A stretch of DNA of 40,833 nucleotides from NCBI GenBank assembly GCA_005883085.1, contig VBAY01000033.1, positions 1 through 40,833 on the forward strand, in the 5' to 3' direction. A program made the position numbers and the translations under genes. Below the pieces are notes generated by a model. The model saw nothing but the letters and a program-made list of their open reading frames with translations, was not told the DNA's origin and searched no databases. Source of the DNA: Candidatus Bathyarchaeota archaeon. Lineage in GTDB: Archaea > Thermoproteota > Bathyarchaeia > 40CM-2-53-6. Below, piece by piece: positions 8,573 to 18,015 of this stretch; within the stretch, counting starts at the first letter, position 1, and each line of letters opens with the position of its first letter.

Positions 8573-9616
8573 TTGGCAGGACTCGGCGCTCTCAAGCGCA
8601 CAATGGGTTTCACGATAATTCTAGTCTTCGCCATATTCCTCGGCCTCCTCCTCGTCATATCCGCCTTCTTCCTAGACCCTCTCACAGGACTAGTTCTCGG
8701 CCTAGTAGGCGCTTTCTTCATAATACTGCTTCAGTACCTAATCGGTCCTGTAATCGTCCGTGCGACAAGTCGTTTGCACTACTTGGCCCCTGGGGAGAAT
8801 AGTTGGCTTGAAGCGAAGGTAAGCCAGCTCGCCTCGAAGGCAGGTATTCCGATGCCCCGGCTCGCTGTCTCACCCGACCCGACTCCTAACGCGTTCGTGT
8901 TCGGACGAACCAGCAAAGGCGCCACGCTCGCAGTCCATCAGGGCCTACTTCAGCGTCTGGATGAGAGCGAGATAGAAGGAGTCATAGGGCATGAGCTCGG
9001 TCATGTAAAGCATCGCGACTTCATCGTAGTGACGATGATTAGCGCAATTCCGCTAGTCGCGTATCTCATCGCCCGCTCTGTTCTCTGGGGAGGCATCGCC
9101 AGCGGCTACAGCGGCCGCAGCAACAAGAATAACAGCGCTGGACTCTTGATTATCGTCGCGGTCGCCGCCTACGCAGTCTATATTCTCACCACCCTCCTAG
9201 CACTCCGACTCACTCGTCTTCGGGAGAGTTATGCAGATGCTTATTCTGCATTTCTTACCCAGCAGCCGCGAGAGCTGGAAAGTGCCCTTACCAAGATCGC
9301 TTACGGCCTGTCTCTCGCCCCCGGCCAGCCTCACGGAGCCCGAGCCTTCTTTATCGAGGACCCTGCTCAGGCAAAACAGGACGTTGCGAGTATAATGGAG
9401 CAGAAGTCGAAATATGATCTTGACAAGGATGGCGTCCTCGACGAGCGAGAGCTAGAAGCTGCTATGGAGCAGGAAGCCAAGTCAAACTGGCGGAAGGCCA
9501 CAGAGCTCTTCATGACGCATCCGCCCACCTACAAGAGGATCCTTATGCTGAGAGAGATCGAGCAGGACATGCGCTCAGGAAACTTTGAGCAGAACAACGC
9601 GTACGATCACGTCTGA
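8573..9616 (+). CDS. htpX: Zinc metalloprotease HtpX (M48) with EF-hand-like insertion
   Basis: Four hydrophobic segments, PNAF, HELGH, RLRESYADA, THPP. DLDKDGVLDERE loop near the C terminus. Confidence 0.92.
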   Translation: MAGLGALKRTMGFTIILVFAIFLGLLLVISAFFLDPLTGLVLGLVGAFFIILLQYLIGPVIVRATSRLHYLAPGENSWLEAKVSQLASKAGIPMPRLAVSPDPTPNAFVFGRTSKGATLAVHQGLLQRLDESEIEGVIGHELGHVKHRDFIVVTMISAIPLVAYLIARSVLWGGIASGYSGRSNKNNSAGLLIIVAVAAYAVYILTTLLALRLTRLRESYADAYSAFLTQQPRELESALTKIAYGLSLAPGQPHGARAFFIEDPAQAKQDVASIMEQKSKYDLDKDGVLDERELEAAMEQEAKSNWRKATELFMTHPPTYKRILMLREIEQDMRSGNFEQNNAYDHV

Positions 9617-9699
9617 CAACTGGCGATATACCCAGCACTCATCGTGATGATTACAATAGAACTATAAACCGGAACGCCTGCCAGTTCGACAAGATCAGA

Positions 9700-10083
9700 A
9701 TGACGCGGGTTCCATGGGCTCCACTGAACGGAGGAGCATTCCTCATAATATTCGGAACCGTAATGCTCCTCTCCGTTGTCGGGGTCGCTGGGCTAAACCC
9801 GTTCTCTGGCATTCCGCTTGTCTTTTTGGCGTTCGGGGTCTGGCTTGTCATAGCTGCATTCACATTCACCGGTCCTGATGATCGTTACGCCCCGCCTCGA
9901 TCAATGATCCTCGCTTGGGGCGCATTCGTCACTGTCCTCGGAGCCGTATGGTTTGTAGGCACAATCGCGCTTTCTCTCGTACCTGTTGTCCTCTTTGTCG
10001 TACTCGTTGTGGCAGGCATTGGGGCGGTCGGTTATGCTCTTACTCGAGCCGAAGCTAAGAAGGCGCAACCTACAGTCGCGTAG
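9700..10083 (+). CDS. Small 4-TM membrane protein of unknown function
   Basis: Four hydrophobic helices; 3 bp upstream of the next gene on the same strand. Confidence 0.75.
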   Translation: MTRVPWAPLNGGAFLIIFGTVMLLSVVGVAGLNPFSGIPLVFLAFGVWLVIAAFTFTGPDDRYAPPRSMILAWGAFVTVLGAVWFVGTIALSLVPVVLFVVLVVAGIGAVGYALTRAEAKKAQPTVA

Positions 10084-10086
10084 ACT

Positions 10087-10797
10087 GTGTACGATTCCAA
10101 GGCCCGCTACGTCCGCAGCCTCTTCTCCAAGGTTCCGTTAGAATACGACCTGCTCTTAGGGGTCCTCAGTTTCGGCCAAGATAGAAAATGGCGAGCCTTC
10201 GTGGTCGAACAAGCTCGGCCTCAACCTGACAGCGTAGTACTCGATGTGGCCACCGGTACGGGACTCTTGGCTGCGGATTTTGCAAACGCGATCGCCAACA
10301 ACGGCTTAGTAGTCGGTGTCGATCTGACTCTCTCAATGTTGCAAACCGCAAAGGAAAGGTTGAGACAGAAAGGGCTGACCGGGAGAACCGACTGGGTTTT
10401 GGCCCGTGCTGAGAACCTGCCGTTCAGAGACAATTGTTTCGGGTCTGCATCGATCAGCCTTGCGCTTAGAAATGTGTCTGATGCGCGACTAACATTCAGG
10501 GAGATGGCTCGAGCAACAACATCAGGCGGTGTCGTGATCTCTCTCGACTTCGCCCGGCCCCCAAACAGGATCTTCCGACTATTCTACTACGACTACCTCC
10601 TCGGACTTTTTCCCATCTTCGGAAGAATCGTCTCAAAGGCTTGGGGTAGAACGCTTTCATACCTCGGCCGTTCCATCTTAAAGTCTAGAACAGGACCTCA
10701 GATTGCGACCCTGATGATCGAGGAGGGGCTGCCCGACACAAGGCCTGTTCCACTAACGCAGGGAATCGTCTATGCAATCTATGGGAAGAAACGATAG
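10087..10797 (+). CDS. menG: UbiE/MenG-family SAM-dependent C-methyltransferase
   Basis: VRSLFSKV..YD...LSFGQDRKWR, VLDVATGTG, AENLPFRDN, ALRNV. Confidence 0.8.
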   Translation: MYDSKARYVRSLFSKVPLEYDLLLGVLSFGQDRKWRAFVVEQARPQPDSVVLDVATGTGLLAADFANAIANNGLVVGVDLTLSMLQTAKERLRQKGLTGRTDWVLARAENLPFRDNCFGSASISLALRNVSDARLTFREMARATTSGGVVISLDFARPPNRIFRLFYYDYLLGLFPIFGRIVSKAWGRTLSYLGRSILKSRTGPQIATLMIEEGLPDTRPVPLTQGIVYAIYGKKR

Positions 10798-10855
10798 TAT
10801 GCAAAAGCTAAAGTGAACCTTGATTCTTGCGAGATAACGGCAGCTACTGGTTTCA

Positions 10856-12049
10856 CTATTCGCCTTCACGGCGAGGATTCGCATTCTGCCGGAAGCTCAG
10901 CCAGGCCAGGATTGCAAGCGCTACGAACGACATCGAGGTTGTGTAGAAGATGCTTATCGGGGTGAGAGTGTAGAGTAAACCGCCTAAGTAGGATCCAAGT
11001 ACAAACCCTAGGCTCTCCAGGGTCAGGTAGAACCCGAACTGACCGGCTCTCGAAGCTCCCTTCCGCACGGTCGAAAGAATGGAGTAGGCAACGAGGCTCG
11101 GCGCTCTAGCTCCTCCAATGAGGAAGACAAGTGGAAACGCCAACAAGAGATTTCTCGTTAGAAGAACTCCGATAAGGCCCGTTGCAGACAGAAGAAGACC
11201 CATAGCCATGGTCCCGCCCTGACTCTTCGCATCCGCTCTTCTCCCGAGGAGAATGGCGAAGACGGCGGCACCCAGAGATTGCAGGGCGCCAAGAAGTAGT
11301 ATGATAGAAGGGCCTAGGCTGAGAGCGTCTTGGAAGTAGAGCGGTATGAAGGGTGAGGCTACGCTCCAGGCAAGCGCGGCTCCGGCTAGATAGAGAAGGA
11401 GGGATCCTTCTCGACGCGACTTGGGAAATTCAAGTCGAGGAGACCGAGCGTCGCTTTCCAGTGGAGGCTGGGGCTTCATGAAGAAGAGAACTATCGTTGA
11501 GATCGAGAAGAACACGAATGTAAGAATGAAGATGCTTCTTACAGGGATCCAATTGAGTACAACGCTTCCGACCAACGGTGAGAAGACTGCTCCCAGTGGA
11601 GCTGATGCCCAGGTTACGCCAAAGTTGGACGCGGACTTGGCTCTCTCGGCAGCTCCTGCGATGTAGGCGTTGAACGCAGGAACATTGAACCCCGATACTT
11701 GAAACAAGACTATTCCGGGAATCACATCTGTCCAGGTTCTAGCGAAATAGTACATGAGAGGGGGTGGGATGCTCATTGCCCAGCCTATAATCAGCAACGC
11801 TTTCAGTTCGTACTTGTTCGCCAGTATTCCTCCGGGAATCATACTCACGGCCAGGGCGAGGAACCCGATAGAGAATACTAGACCCACATCACTCGGGGAC
11901 GCTTGGAGGTCTCGCAGATACAATGGCCAAATGTAATTGTAAAGTCCTAGGCCGAAGGTCCAGAGGAACAGTGACAGAAAGAGGAGCCGTAGATCTCTGG
12001 GAAGTGCTTGGATTGAAGCTAGGAGATTCAGCCGGCTCGCAGAAAGCAA
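10856..12049 (-). CDS. Major facilitator superfamily transporter
   Basis: About 12 TM segments in two halves; motif-A-like GILANKYE and GRRADAK loops. Confidence 0.88.
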   Translation of the reverse strand: MLSASRLNLLASIQALPRDLRLLFLSLFLWTFGLGLYNYIWPLYLRDLQASPSDVGLVFSIGFLALAVSMIPGGILANKYELKALLIIGWAMSIPPPLMYYFARTWTDVIPGIVLFQVSGFNVPAFNAYIAGAAERAKSASNFGVTWASAPLGAVFSPLVGSVVLNWIPVRSIFILTFVFFSISTIVLFFMKPQPPLESDARSPRLEFPKSRREGSLLLYLAGAALAWSVASPFIPLYFQDALSLGPSIILLLGALQSLGAAVFAILLGRRADAKSQGGTMAMGLLLSATGLIGVLLTRNLLLAFPLVFLIGGARAPSLVAYSILSTVRKGASRAGQFGFYLTLESLGFVLGSYLGGLLYTLTPISIFYTTSMSFVALAILAWLSFRQNANPRREGE

Positions 12050-12106
12050 ATCTCATCGGCCTTTCTTACTCATGGACTCAGGGGGGAGGTCGCAAAACGT
12101 CTCCCG

Positions 12107-12802
12107 TCAGGAGATAACGCCTGTTGCGATTAGTATCCCTGAGATGAAAAAGTACGAACCGAAGGAGAGGAGGACGATGCCTGCAACGAGATCGAGCAGC
12201 CATCTTGGAACTCGCATCAGGTAGTCATAGGAGAACGCGCAAACTACAATGAGGAGGATAAGGCTCGCTAGTGCGCCTACAAGGGTCCATTGTATGTTGA
12301 AGGCTCCCGCTGATGCGAGGATGAGGCTTGCTTCAAATCCTTCTGTCATTGTGATGCTGAAAACTGGGAGCGAGTTTCGGATCGAGAATGGTATTTGGCC
12401 TTCTGTCGTCTTGAGGCCTTCGCTGTGCTTCCGGTCTTTCTCGACGACTTCGTCGCTCCATTTTTCCATCTTCGCTCTGAACGATTTTCCTCGGAAATAA
12501 TATTTGACGAATCCTCGCAGAAAACGATAGGAAAAGTAGAGGATGACAACTCCAGGTATCAAGTTGACGAGCGCTTCGGAGAGCGTCTTTAGTGCAAGGA
12601 AGGCTTGTTCGACGATTAGAAACGTGACGACAGACCCGAGGCCTCCGAGGGCGACGCCGAGGAAGACGTTTCTCCGACCGATCTGTTTTATTGTAGCAAG
12701 AGAGAGAATCGCGACCTCGCTACCCTCTATTAGGATGGCTTTGAAAGCCAGGAGGAATGATGCGATGATTACAACGTCTAGTCCAGGCAGCCGTTCTTCC
12801 AT
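12107..12802 (-). CDS. Membrane protein with duplicated EGxE motifs (FTR1/COG4280-like, putative metal transporter)
   Basis: Two 3-TM repeats beginning FKAILIEGSEVAIL and FSITMTEGFEASLI, separated by a charged loop. Confidence 0.65.
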   Translation of the reverse strand: MEERLPGLDVVIIASFLLAFKAILIEGSEVAILSLATIKQIGRRNVFLGVALGGLGSVVTFLIVEQAFLALKTLSEALVNLIPGVVILYFSYRFLRGFVKYYFRGKSFRAKMEKWSDEVVEKDRKHSEGLKTTEGQIPFSIRNSLPVFSITMTEGFEASLILASAGAFNIQWTLVGALASLILLIVVCAFSYDYLMRVPRWLLDLVAGIVLLSFGSYFFISGILIATGVIS

Positions 12803-12918
12803 CCGATTATTGTGAGGTGCTCGCTGGGTCCTCTCGAGCTAATGCACGTTCATATCTCTAACGGTGGCTTGCACTAGATTCAGTGTACCGCAAGCTGCTC
12901 GCTGAAAGACGATGTGGA

Positions 12919-13335
12919 TTATTCTTTGGGTTCAGCGGATGCGTTTTTCCCGTCGGTTTTCTTGAAATTTAGGGAAAGGGAGTTGACACAATACCGTAGT
13001 CCCGTAGGCTGAGGGCCGTCTTCGAAAACGTGGCCTAGATGACCGCCGCATTGCTTGCATAGAATCTCAACCCTTTTCATGAAGAGGCTGCGGTCGGATT
13101 TTTCTTCAACATTCTCCTTTTCTGCCGGGGACCAGAAGCTGGGCCAGCCTGTTCCGGAGTCAAACTTTGTATCGGATGAGAATAGTGGTGTTCCGCATCC
13201 GGCGCAGACATACATTCCCTCTTCTTTGTTGTGGAGATATTTTCCGGTAAAGGGTCGTTCGGTTGCTTTCTTTCTCAAAACTTGGAAGGTTTCCGTGTCC
13301 AGCTGCTTCTTCCATTCTTCTTCGGATTTCTTCAT
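12919..13335 (-). CDS. msrB: Peptide-methionine (R)-S-oxide reductase
   Basis: TERPFTG, CAGC/CKQC zinc motifs, GTGWPSF, GHLGHVFEDGP, RYCVNS. Start moved to the ATG at 13335 (MKKSEEEWK). Confidence 0.95.
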   Translation of the reverse strand: MKKSEEEWKKQLDTETFQVLRKKATERPFTGKYLHNKEEGMYVCAGCGTPLFSSDTKFDSGTGWPSFWSPAEKENVEEKSDRSLFMKRVEILCKQCGGHLGHVFEDGPQPTGLRYCVNSLSLNFKKTDGKNASAEPKE

Positions 13336-13472
13336 ACTATCTAGAGGGCTACTGCGGTAGATAATCCTAATCGCTTTTTGGGAGCGATCTCTGACCCATC
13401 CAGAACCTTGTTCAACGGACAAGACCAGACTTTCTTTCAGTTTGCGGTGCCTTTGAGATGTTGCTACGGGAC

Positions 13473-14114
13473 CTAGGGAATGCGTTTGGCAACTTGCCCC
13501 ACAAAGGGGTTGGCCAGTTTTTCGTCACCAATGCTTGTCTCTGGACCATGACCGGGATAGACTATGGTATCGTCATCTAGCCTGAACAAGCGCTTTGTTA
13601 TGGAATGTATTAGCGTGTCGAAGTCTCCTCCTGGAAGGTCTGTTCGTCCAATGGACTGGTTGAACAATGCGTCCCCAGTCAGGACGAATCCTCGGCCAAC
13701 TAGGCTGATGCTTCCTGGAGAATGTCCCGGGGTGTGAAGGACTCTCACGGTATCCTGCCCAAAAGTTAACGATTCTCCGTCTTCGAGAAATTGGTCAACC
13801 TTCGGTGGTGGCGGGACGCCGAAACCCATGATCTGGTGGACACGGCTCTGCATAGACTCGAGCATGGATAGATCGTCGTGGTGGATTAGAAATGGAATCT
13901 TGAGCTTCGCGCGAATGGTGTCTGCGCCGAGTACATGATCGAAGTGGGTATGAGTGGCAACAATGTGACTAGGCTTGACAGCAATGTCGTTGAGGAAGCG
14001 AAGAATTCTTTCCGGTTCGTCGCCTGGGTCAACGACCAAGGCCGCCGAGTCCGATTGCAGGATGTAGCAATTTGTCTGTAGCCTCCCTACCACAAGTGTA
14101 TGTATCTTGGCCAT
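13473..14114 (-). CDS. MBL-fold metallo-hydrolase (glyoxalase II-like)
   Basis: THTHFDH, HTPGHSPGS, TGDALF, GRTDLPGG, YPGHG. Confidence 0.92.
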   Translation of the reverse strand: MAKIHTLVVGRLQTNCYILQSDSAALVVDPGDEPERILRFLNDIAVKPSHIVATHTHFDHVLGADTIRAKLKIPFLIHHDDLSMLESMQSRVHQIMGFGVPPPPKVDQFLEDGESLTFGQDTVRVLHTPGHSPGSISLVGRGFVLTGDALFNQSIGRTDLPGGDFDTLIHSITKRLFRLDDDTIVYPGHGPETSIGDEKLANPFVGQVAKRIP

Positions 14115-14351
14115 TTTCGAAAGTCAGTCGCGACATACTCAGAGGGAGAATATGAACTTGGAGTGGCGCTACATCAGGTGCCTCAGTTGAGGGCCTTGCG
14201 GGCGATCGAATCGCTAGAACGCGCTTGTTCTCTTGTTTCGGCCCTAGAACTCATTTGTTGAAGCCATTTGTCGGTTCGCGGGAACGAGCATTTGAGAATA
14301 GCTTCGGCTAAGGATTTCATCTCATGGGTATCTGGGTCTATCTTCGAGAAG

Positions 14352-14366
14352 CCAAGAACTTAAATG
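14352..14366 (+). promoter_or_regulatory. Candidate BRE/TATA promoter giving a near-leaderless S53 peptidase transcript
   Basis: CCAAGAAC-TTAAAT with the TATA-like box at 14360-14365, 25 nt before the ATG at 14391. Confidence 0.5.
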
Positions 14367-14390
14367 AGTAGACGGTTTTGATCTGTAATT

Positions 14391-15824
14391 ATGAAGAAAA
14401 TACTAACCATATTAGCGCTAGTCGTTTGTACCCTAATGCTTGCAACGCCTCTCGGAGTCGGGACTGTCTTCAGCGACTTCAACTACAGTCCCAGCCTGAG
14501 CTATGTTCAGCTAGGACCCCTAACGATACTTCCCCAAGGCATACCTCTCTGCAAGAGTGCATCTCTCGGTAACATTGTCTGCTACACACCGAAATTCATC
14601 AAGAAGGCATACGAGTTCCCGTCCACCGGTGCTCTTGACGGTACCGGCCAGACAATCGTGATCGTTGACGCTTTCGGAAGCCCCACAGTTGCTAGTGACC
14701 TCGCATTGTTTGATACTGTCTTCGGAATCCCACCTCCTCCGTCCTTCACAATATTCTGCGGCAATTCTCCGACCCCGCTCGACCCGAGCACCTGCCCTGT
14801 GGTCAATATCAATGCGAATCCGAAACATGGTGTATTCGGCTGGACTATTGAGACAAGCCTTGACGTTCAATACGCCCACGCCATGGCTCCAGGGGCTAAC
14901 ATCGTCCTCGTCGTAGCGTCGACCTCGTCCGGAAACGCCATCAATGAGGCTGAAGCTGCGGCCATCGCAGCGTACCCAGGCGCCATATTCTCGCAAAGCT
15001 TCGGCATCCCAGAAATCTTCCTAACCGGAAACGGAAACCCTGGCCAAGTCAGCCAGGCCCAACAGAACTATGCGAACGGAGTTGCAGTAGGCGACACGTT
15101 CTTCGCGTCAGCAGGGGACACAGGCGCAGACTTCGGCTTTGGCGTCGCTATGAACAACTTTCCCGCTTCCGACCTGCACAACGTAGGCGTAACCGGAACT
15201 CAGGGATTACCCTACAATGCAACCGGAACTCTCATGCCATGCCCCACTTCCACACCTTTCTCGTGTACCTCAGGACTATCCTCGTACCATGGACCTTGTG
15301 TGCTCGGCCGGACCATACCACCGAATTGTGTACCGGATGGGTACGGTGGTGAACAGGTCTGGAATGAACCAAGCTTCGGTTCCGCGACTGGCGGTGCGCC
15401 AAGCTTATTGTTTGGAGTTCCGTCATATCAGGCTGGCCTCGGGCTATCAGCAAGGGGTCCGGATGTGGACTACAACGCAGCCATCGACGGCGGAGTCCTA
15501 GTCGTGTACGGAGGCTTCGGAAGCCCAGTCCTCTTCATTGTTGGAGGAACCAGTGCAGGTTCTCCACAATGGGCGGGGATTACCGCCTTGGTGAATCAGG
15601 CTCGTGCCAATGCCGGTAAAGGTCCGATCGGCGACTTGAACCCAGCCCTCTACGCGATCTACCACAGTGCGCGCTACGCAACAGACTTCCACGACATTAC
15701 AATGGGCAACGACCAGTTGGTCGGCTCGTCTGTTGGCTTCGCCTCAAGTACAGGATATGATCTCGCATCGGGCATCGGCTCCCCTATCGTAGACCAGCTG
15801 ATCGTCGACTTAGTTGCAGCATAG
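14391..15824 (+). CDS. Secreted S53 (sedolisin/kumamolisin-like) serine-carboxyl peptidase
   Basis: Signal peptide MKKILTILALVVC; catalytic ETSLD, SAGD and GGTS; Ca-loop GYDLASGIGSP. Confidence 0.9.
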   Translation: MKKILTILALVVCTLMLATPLGVGTVFSDFNYSPSLSYVQLGPLTILPQGIPLCKSASLGNIVCYTPKFIKKAYEFPSTGALDGTGQTIVIVDAFGSPTVASDLALFDTVFGIPPPPSFTIFCGNSPTPLDPSTCPVVNINANPKHGVFGWTIETSLDVQYAHAMAPGANIVLVVASTSSGNAINEAEAAAIAAYPGAIFSQSFGIPEIFLTGNGNPGQVSQAQQNYANGVAVGDTFFASAGDTGADFGFGVAMNNFPASDLHNVGVTGTQGLPYNATGTLMPCPTSTPFSCTSGLSSYHGPCVLGRTIPPNCVPDGYGGEQVWNEPSFGSATGGAPSLLFGVPSYQAGLGLSARGPDVDYNAAIDGGVLVVYGGFGSPVLFIVGGTSAGSPQWAGITALVNQARANAGKGPIGDLNPALYAIYHSARYATDFHDITMGNDQLVGSSVGFASSTGYDLASGIGSPIVDQLIVDLVAA

Positions 15825-15837
15825 ACTAGACTGAAAG

Positions 15838-15882
15838 TGGGAGGAGCATCCTCCCAAACCCCCTCCCTTTTCCATTTTCTCT
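15838..15882 (+). terminator. Hairpin plus pyrimidine/T tract after the S53 gene
   Basis: TGGGAGGA-GCA-TCCTCCCA perfect 8-bp stem, followed by CCCTTTTCCATTTTCT. Confidence 0.6.
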
Positions 15883-16068
15883 TGGAAATGTCCTGCGATA
15901 TTTGCAGGTAAAATAGGATTGATGTTTGACTGATCTTCATGTCGAAGAATGCCATCGTTCTCTTCCTCTTCGCGTGACACGGTACTGGTTCTCACTCCGA
16001 GAGGCGCTTGGAAGAGCTAATTTCTGATCGTGAATATGCTGTTGACATTCTTGTCTCCGAGGTCAGTC

Positions 16069-18015
16069 TCACATCATAAGCACGCGACCTTTCCCGCCAC
16101 CGCCCGAGCTTGGGGGCGGCCCGCTAGTAACGGGGGAGAAAACCTCAACCCGGTTGTTGCTGTTTCCTGATGGGTTCCCTGTATCGGCTACGTAGACATT
16201 CCATGAGCTGTCCACAGCCAGACCGTTCGGATAGACGAGTTGGCCATTACCCGACCCCGTGGTCCCGAAGGACGTGAGAAACGTGCCGTTGCTGCCAAAT
16301 TCTTGGACTCGGTTATTGAATATATCAGCCACGTACAGATTCCCGGTTGAATCTAGGGCTATGTGTCCAGGTACATTGAACTGCCCATTTCCAGAACCTG
16401 CAGATCCCCAAGAGGTCATGAATCCTCCCGAACTGTTAAATTTCTCAATACGATTGTTCGATGAGTCGCTGACATATACATTGCCGAGGGCGTCCACTAC
16501 GATCCCCGTTGGATTGGTGAACTGGCCGTTGGCTGTTCCAGGGGAGCCCCAACCTAGGATGAAGTTTCCAGCGCTGTCAAACTTTTGAATCCGGTTGTTT
16601 GAGTAATCTGTCACGTAGATGTTGTTTGAACCGTCAGCCGCGACCCCGTATGGATTGATGAATTGTCCGTTTCCGGTTCCAAAGGAACCCCATGCTCTGC
16701 TAAAAGTGCCGTTTGGAAGAAATTTTTCGATTCGGCTGTTGCCGTAATCGGTAACGTAGACGTTCCCACTACGGTCAACGGCAATTCCGAATGGACTGTT
16801 GAACTGCCCGGTTCCATCGCCGGTTGTTCCCCAAGCCATCAGGAATGATCCCGTCACGGAGAACATTTGAACTCGATTGTTTCCCTCGTCTACAACATAG
16901 ATGTGACCTGAACCGTCGAGAGCTGCGTCATAAAGGCTGGAAAACAGTCCCGGTCTAGGATATGTAATGCTTGAAATGTAGCTTCCAGTACTGGCCGACA
17001 ATTTCTGCACCCTAAAATTGTTAGAATCACCAACATACAAGTTCAGTTGAGAATCTATCGCAACCCCGATTGGGCCGTTGAACTGTCCTGGGGATGCCCC
17101 AGCGGTCCCCCAGGACGAGATCAAGCTGCCGCTGCTGGTGCTGAACTTTTGTATATTATTCCAGAAATTGTCGCTCACATAGATGTTGGACGCGTTGTCT
17201 ACCGCCATCATTGTCGGAGCGGCCAAGGTGCCCCCTGAATTCAAGCCCCCCCAAGTCAAGACAAAACCTCCTGTTTTCGTGAATTTCGTAACATTGTCCG
17301 ACATGGAGGCACTGTCGCTTACATACACGAATCCTAACGAATCCACCGCCACCCCATACGGGCTCAGGAATTTCCCGGGAGTAGTGCCTAGGCCGCCGAA
17401 TGAACCTACGTATGTTCCGTTGTTCCTGAAGATTTGAACACGCTGGTTTCCCTGATCTACTACGTACACGAACCCGCTAGCGTTGACGCTAAGCCCGAGA
17501 GGTGTTCTGAATTGTCCAACTCCTGACCCAGTTGAGCCCCAAGAAGTGATCAAGCTCCCGCCAGAGGTAAACTTCTGAATGTTGTTATTCACCGAATCAG
17601 AAACGTACACGTTTCCTTGGGGGTCGCGAGCAATTCCTTGGGGGTTCTTGAATTGTCCGGGCCCAGTTCCTTGGGATCCCCAGGCGGTCAATAACGATCC
17701 GTCACTTGCTAGTTTGTAAACAGCGTAGTTCTTGGCGTCAGCGATGAACAAGTTGCCTGACGAATCCACAGCGACGCCGTTAGGAGTTATCGGCCCGCCA
17801 TACGAGCCCCATTGCCTAGAGTAGACAAAAGAGTTGGCTCCAGCAACTGTAACCTGGCCCCGGTCCTCACCCGTACCAACCAAGCCGGTGGCCCCATTAA
17901 TGATTACTAGAGTAATCCCGGAGAGCGATAGTGTAAGAAGAATTGCCGCCCAGACGTGTTTTGGCCGCTTTTTGGCAATGGGTGCCCGAGAGCGGGACAG
18001 GTGATTCTCCCGCAT
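16069..18015 (-). CDS. Membrane-anchored or secreted NHL-repeat protein (about 12 repeats, likely two 6-bladed propellers)
   Basis: Repeated WGxxGxGxGQFxxPxGxAVDxxGNxYVxDxxNxRxQKF; single N-terminal hydrophobic helix. Start uncertain: ATG 18015 preferred, ORF open to 18153. Confidence 0.88.
   Translation of the reverse strand: MRENHLSRSRAPIAKKRPKHVWAAILLTLSLSGITLVIINGATGLVGTGEDRGQVTVAGANSFVYSRQWGSYGGPITPNGVAVDSSGNLFIADAKNYAVYKLASDGSLLTAWGSQGTGPGQFKNPQGIARDPQGNVYVSDSVNNNIQKFTSGGSLITSWGSTGSGVGQFRTPLGLSVNASGFVYVVDQGNQRVQIFRNNGTYVGSFGGLGTTPGKFLSPYGVAVDSLGFVYVSDSASMSDNVTKFTKTGGFVLTWGGLNSGGTLAAPTMMAVDNASNIYVSDNFWNNIQKFSTSSGSLISSWGTAGASPGQFNGPIGVAIDSQLNLYVGDSNNFRVQKLSASTGSYISSITYPRPGLFSSLYDAALDGSGHIYVVDEGNNRVQMFSVTGSFLMAWGTTGDGTGQFNSPFGIAVDRSGNVYVTDYGNSRIEKFLPNGTFSRAWGSFGTGNGQFINPYGVAADGSNNIYVTDYSNNRIQKFDSAGNFILGWGSPGTANGQFTNPTGIVVDALGNVYVSDSSNNRIEKFNSSGGFMTSWGSAGSGNGQFNVPGHIALDSTGNLYVADIFNNRVQEFGSNGTFLTSFGTTGSGNGQLVYPNGLAVDSSWNVYVADTGNPSGNSNNRVEVFSPVTSGPPPSSGGGGKGRVLMM

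Noticed and set aside
15810..15995. 61-aa and 93-aa minus-strand ORFs after the S53 gene
   Set aside because: They cross the terminator hairpin and the S53 stop and show no recognisable motif; probably spurious.
16069..17830. Periodic sequence resembling a repeat array
   Set aside because: It is degenerate protein-level NHL repetition within one ORF, with no identical DNA repeats and spacers, so it is not CRISPR.
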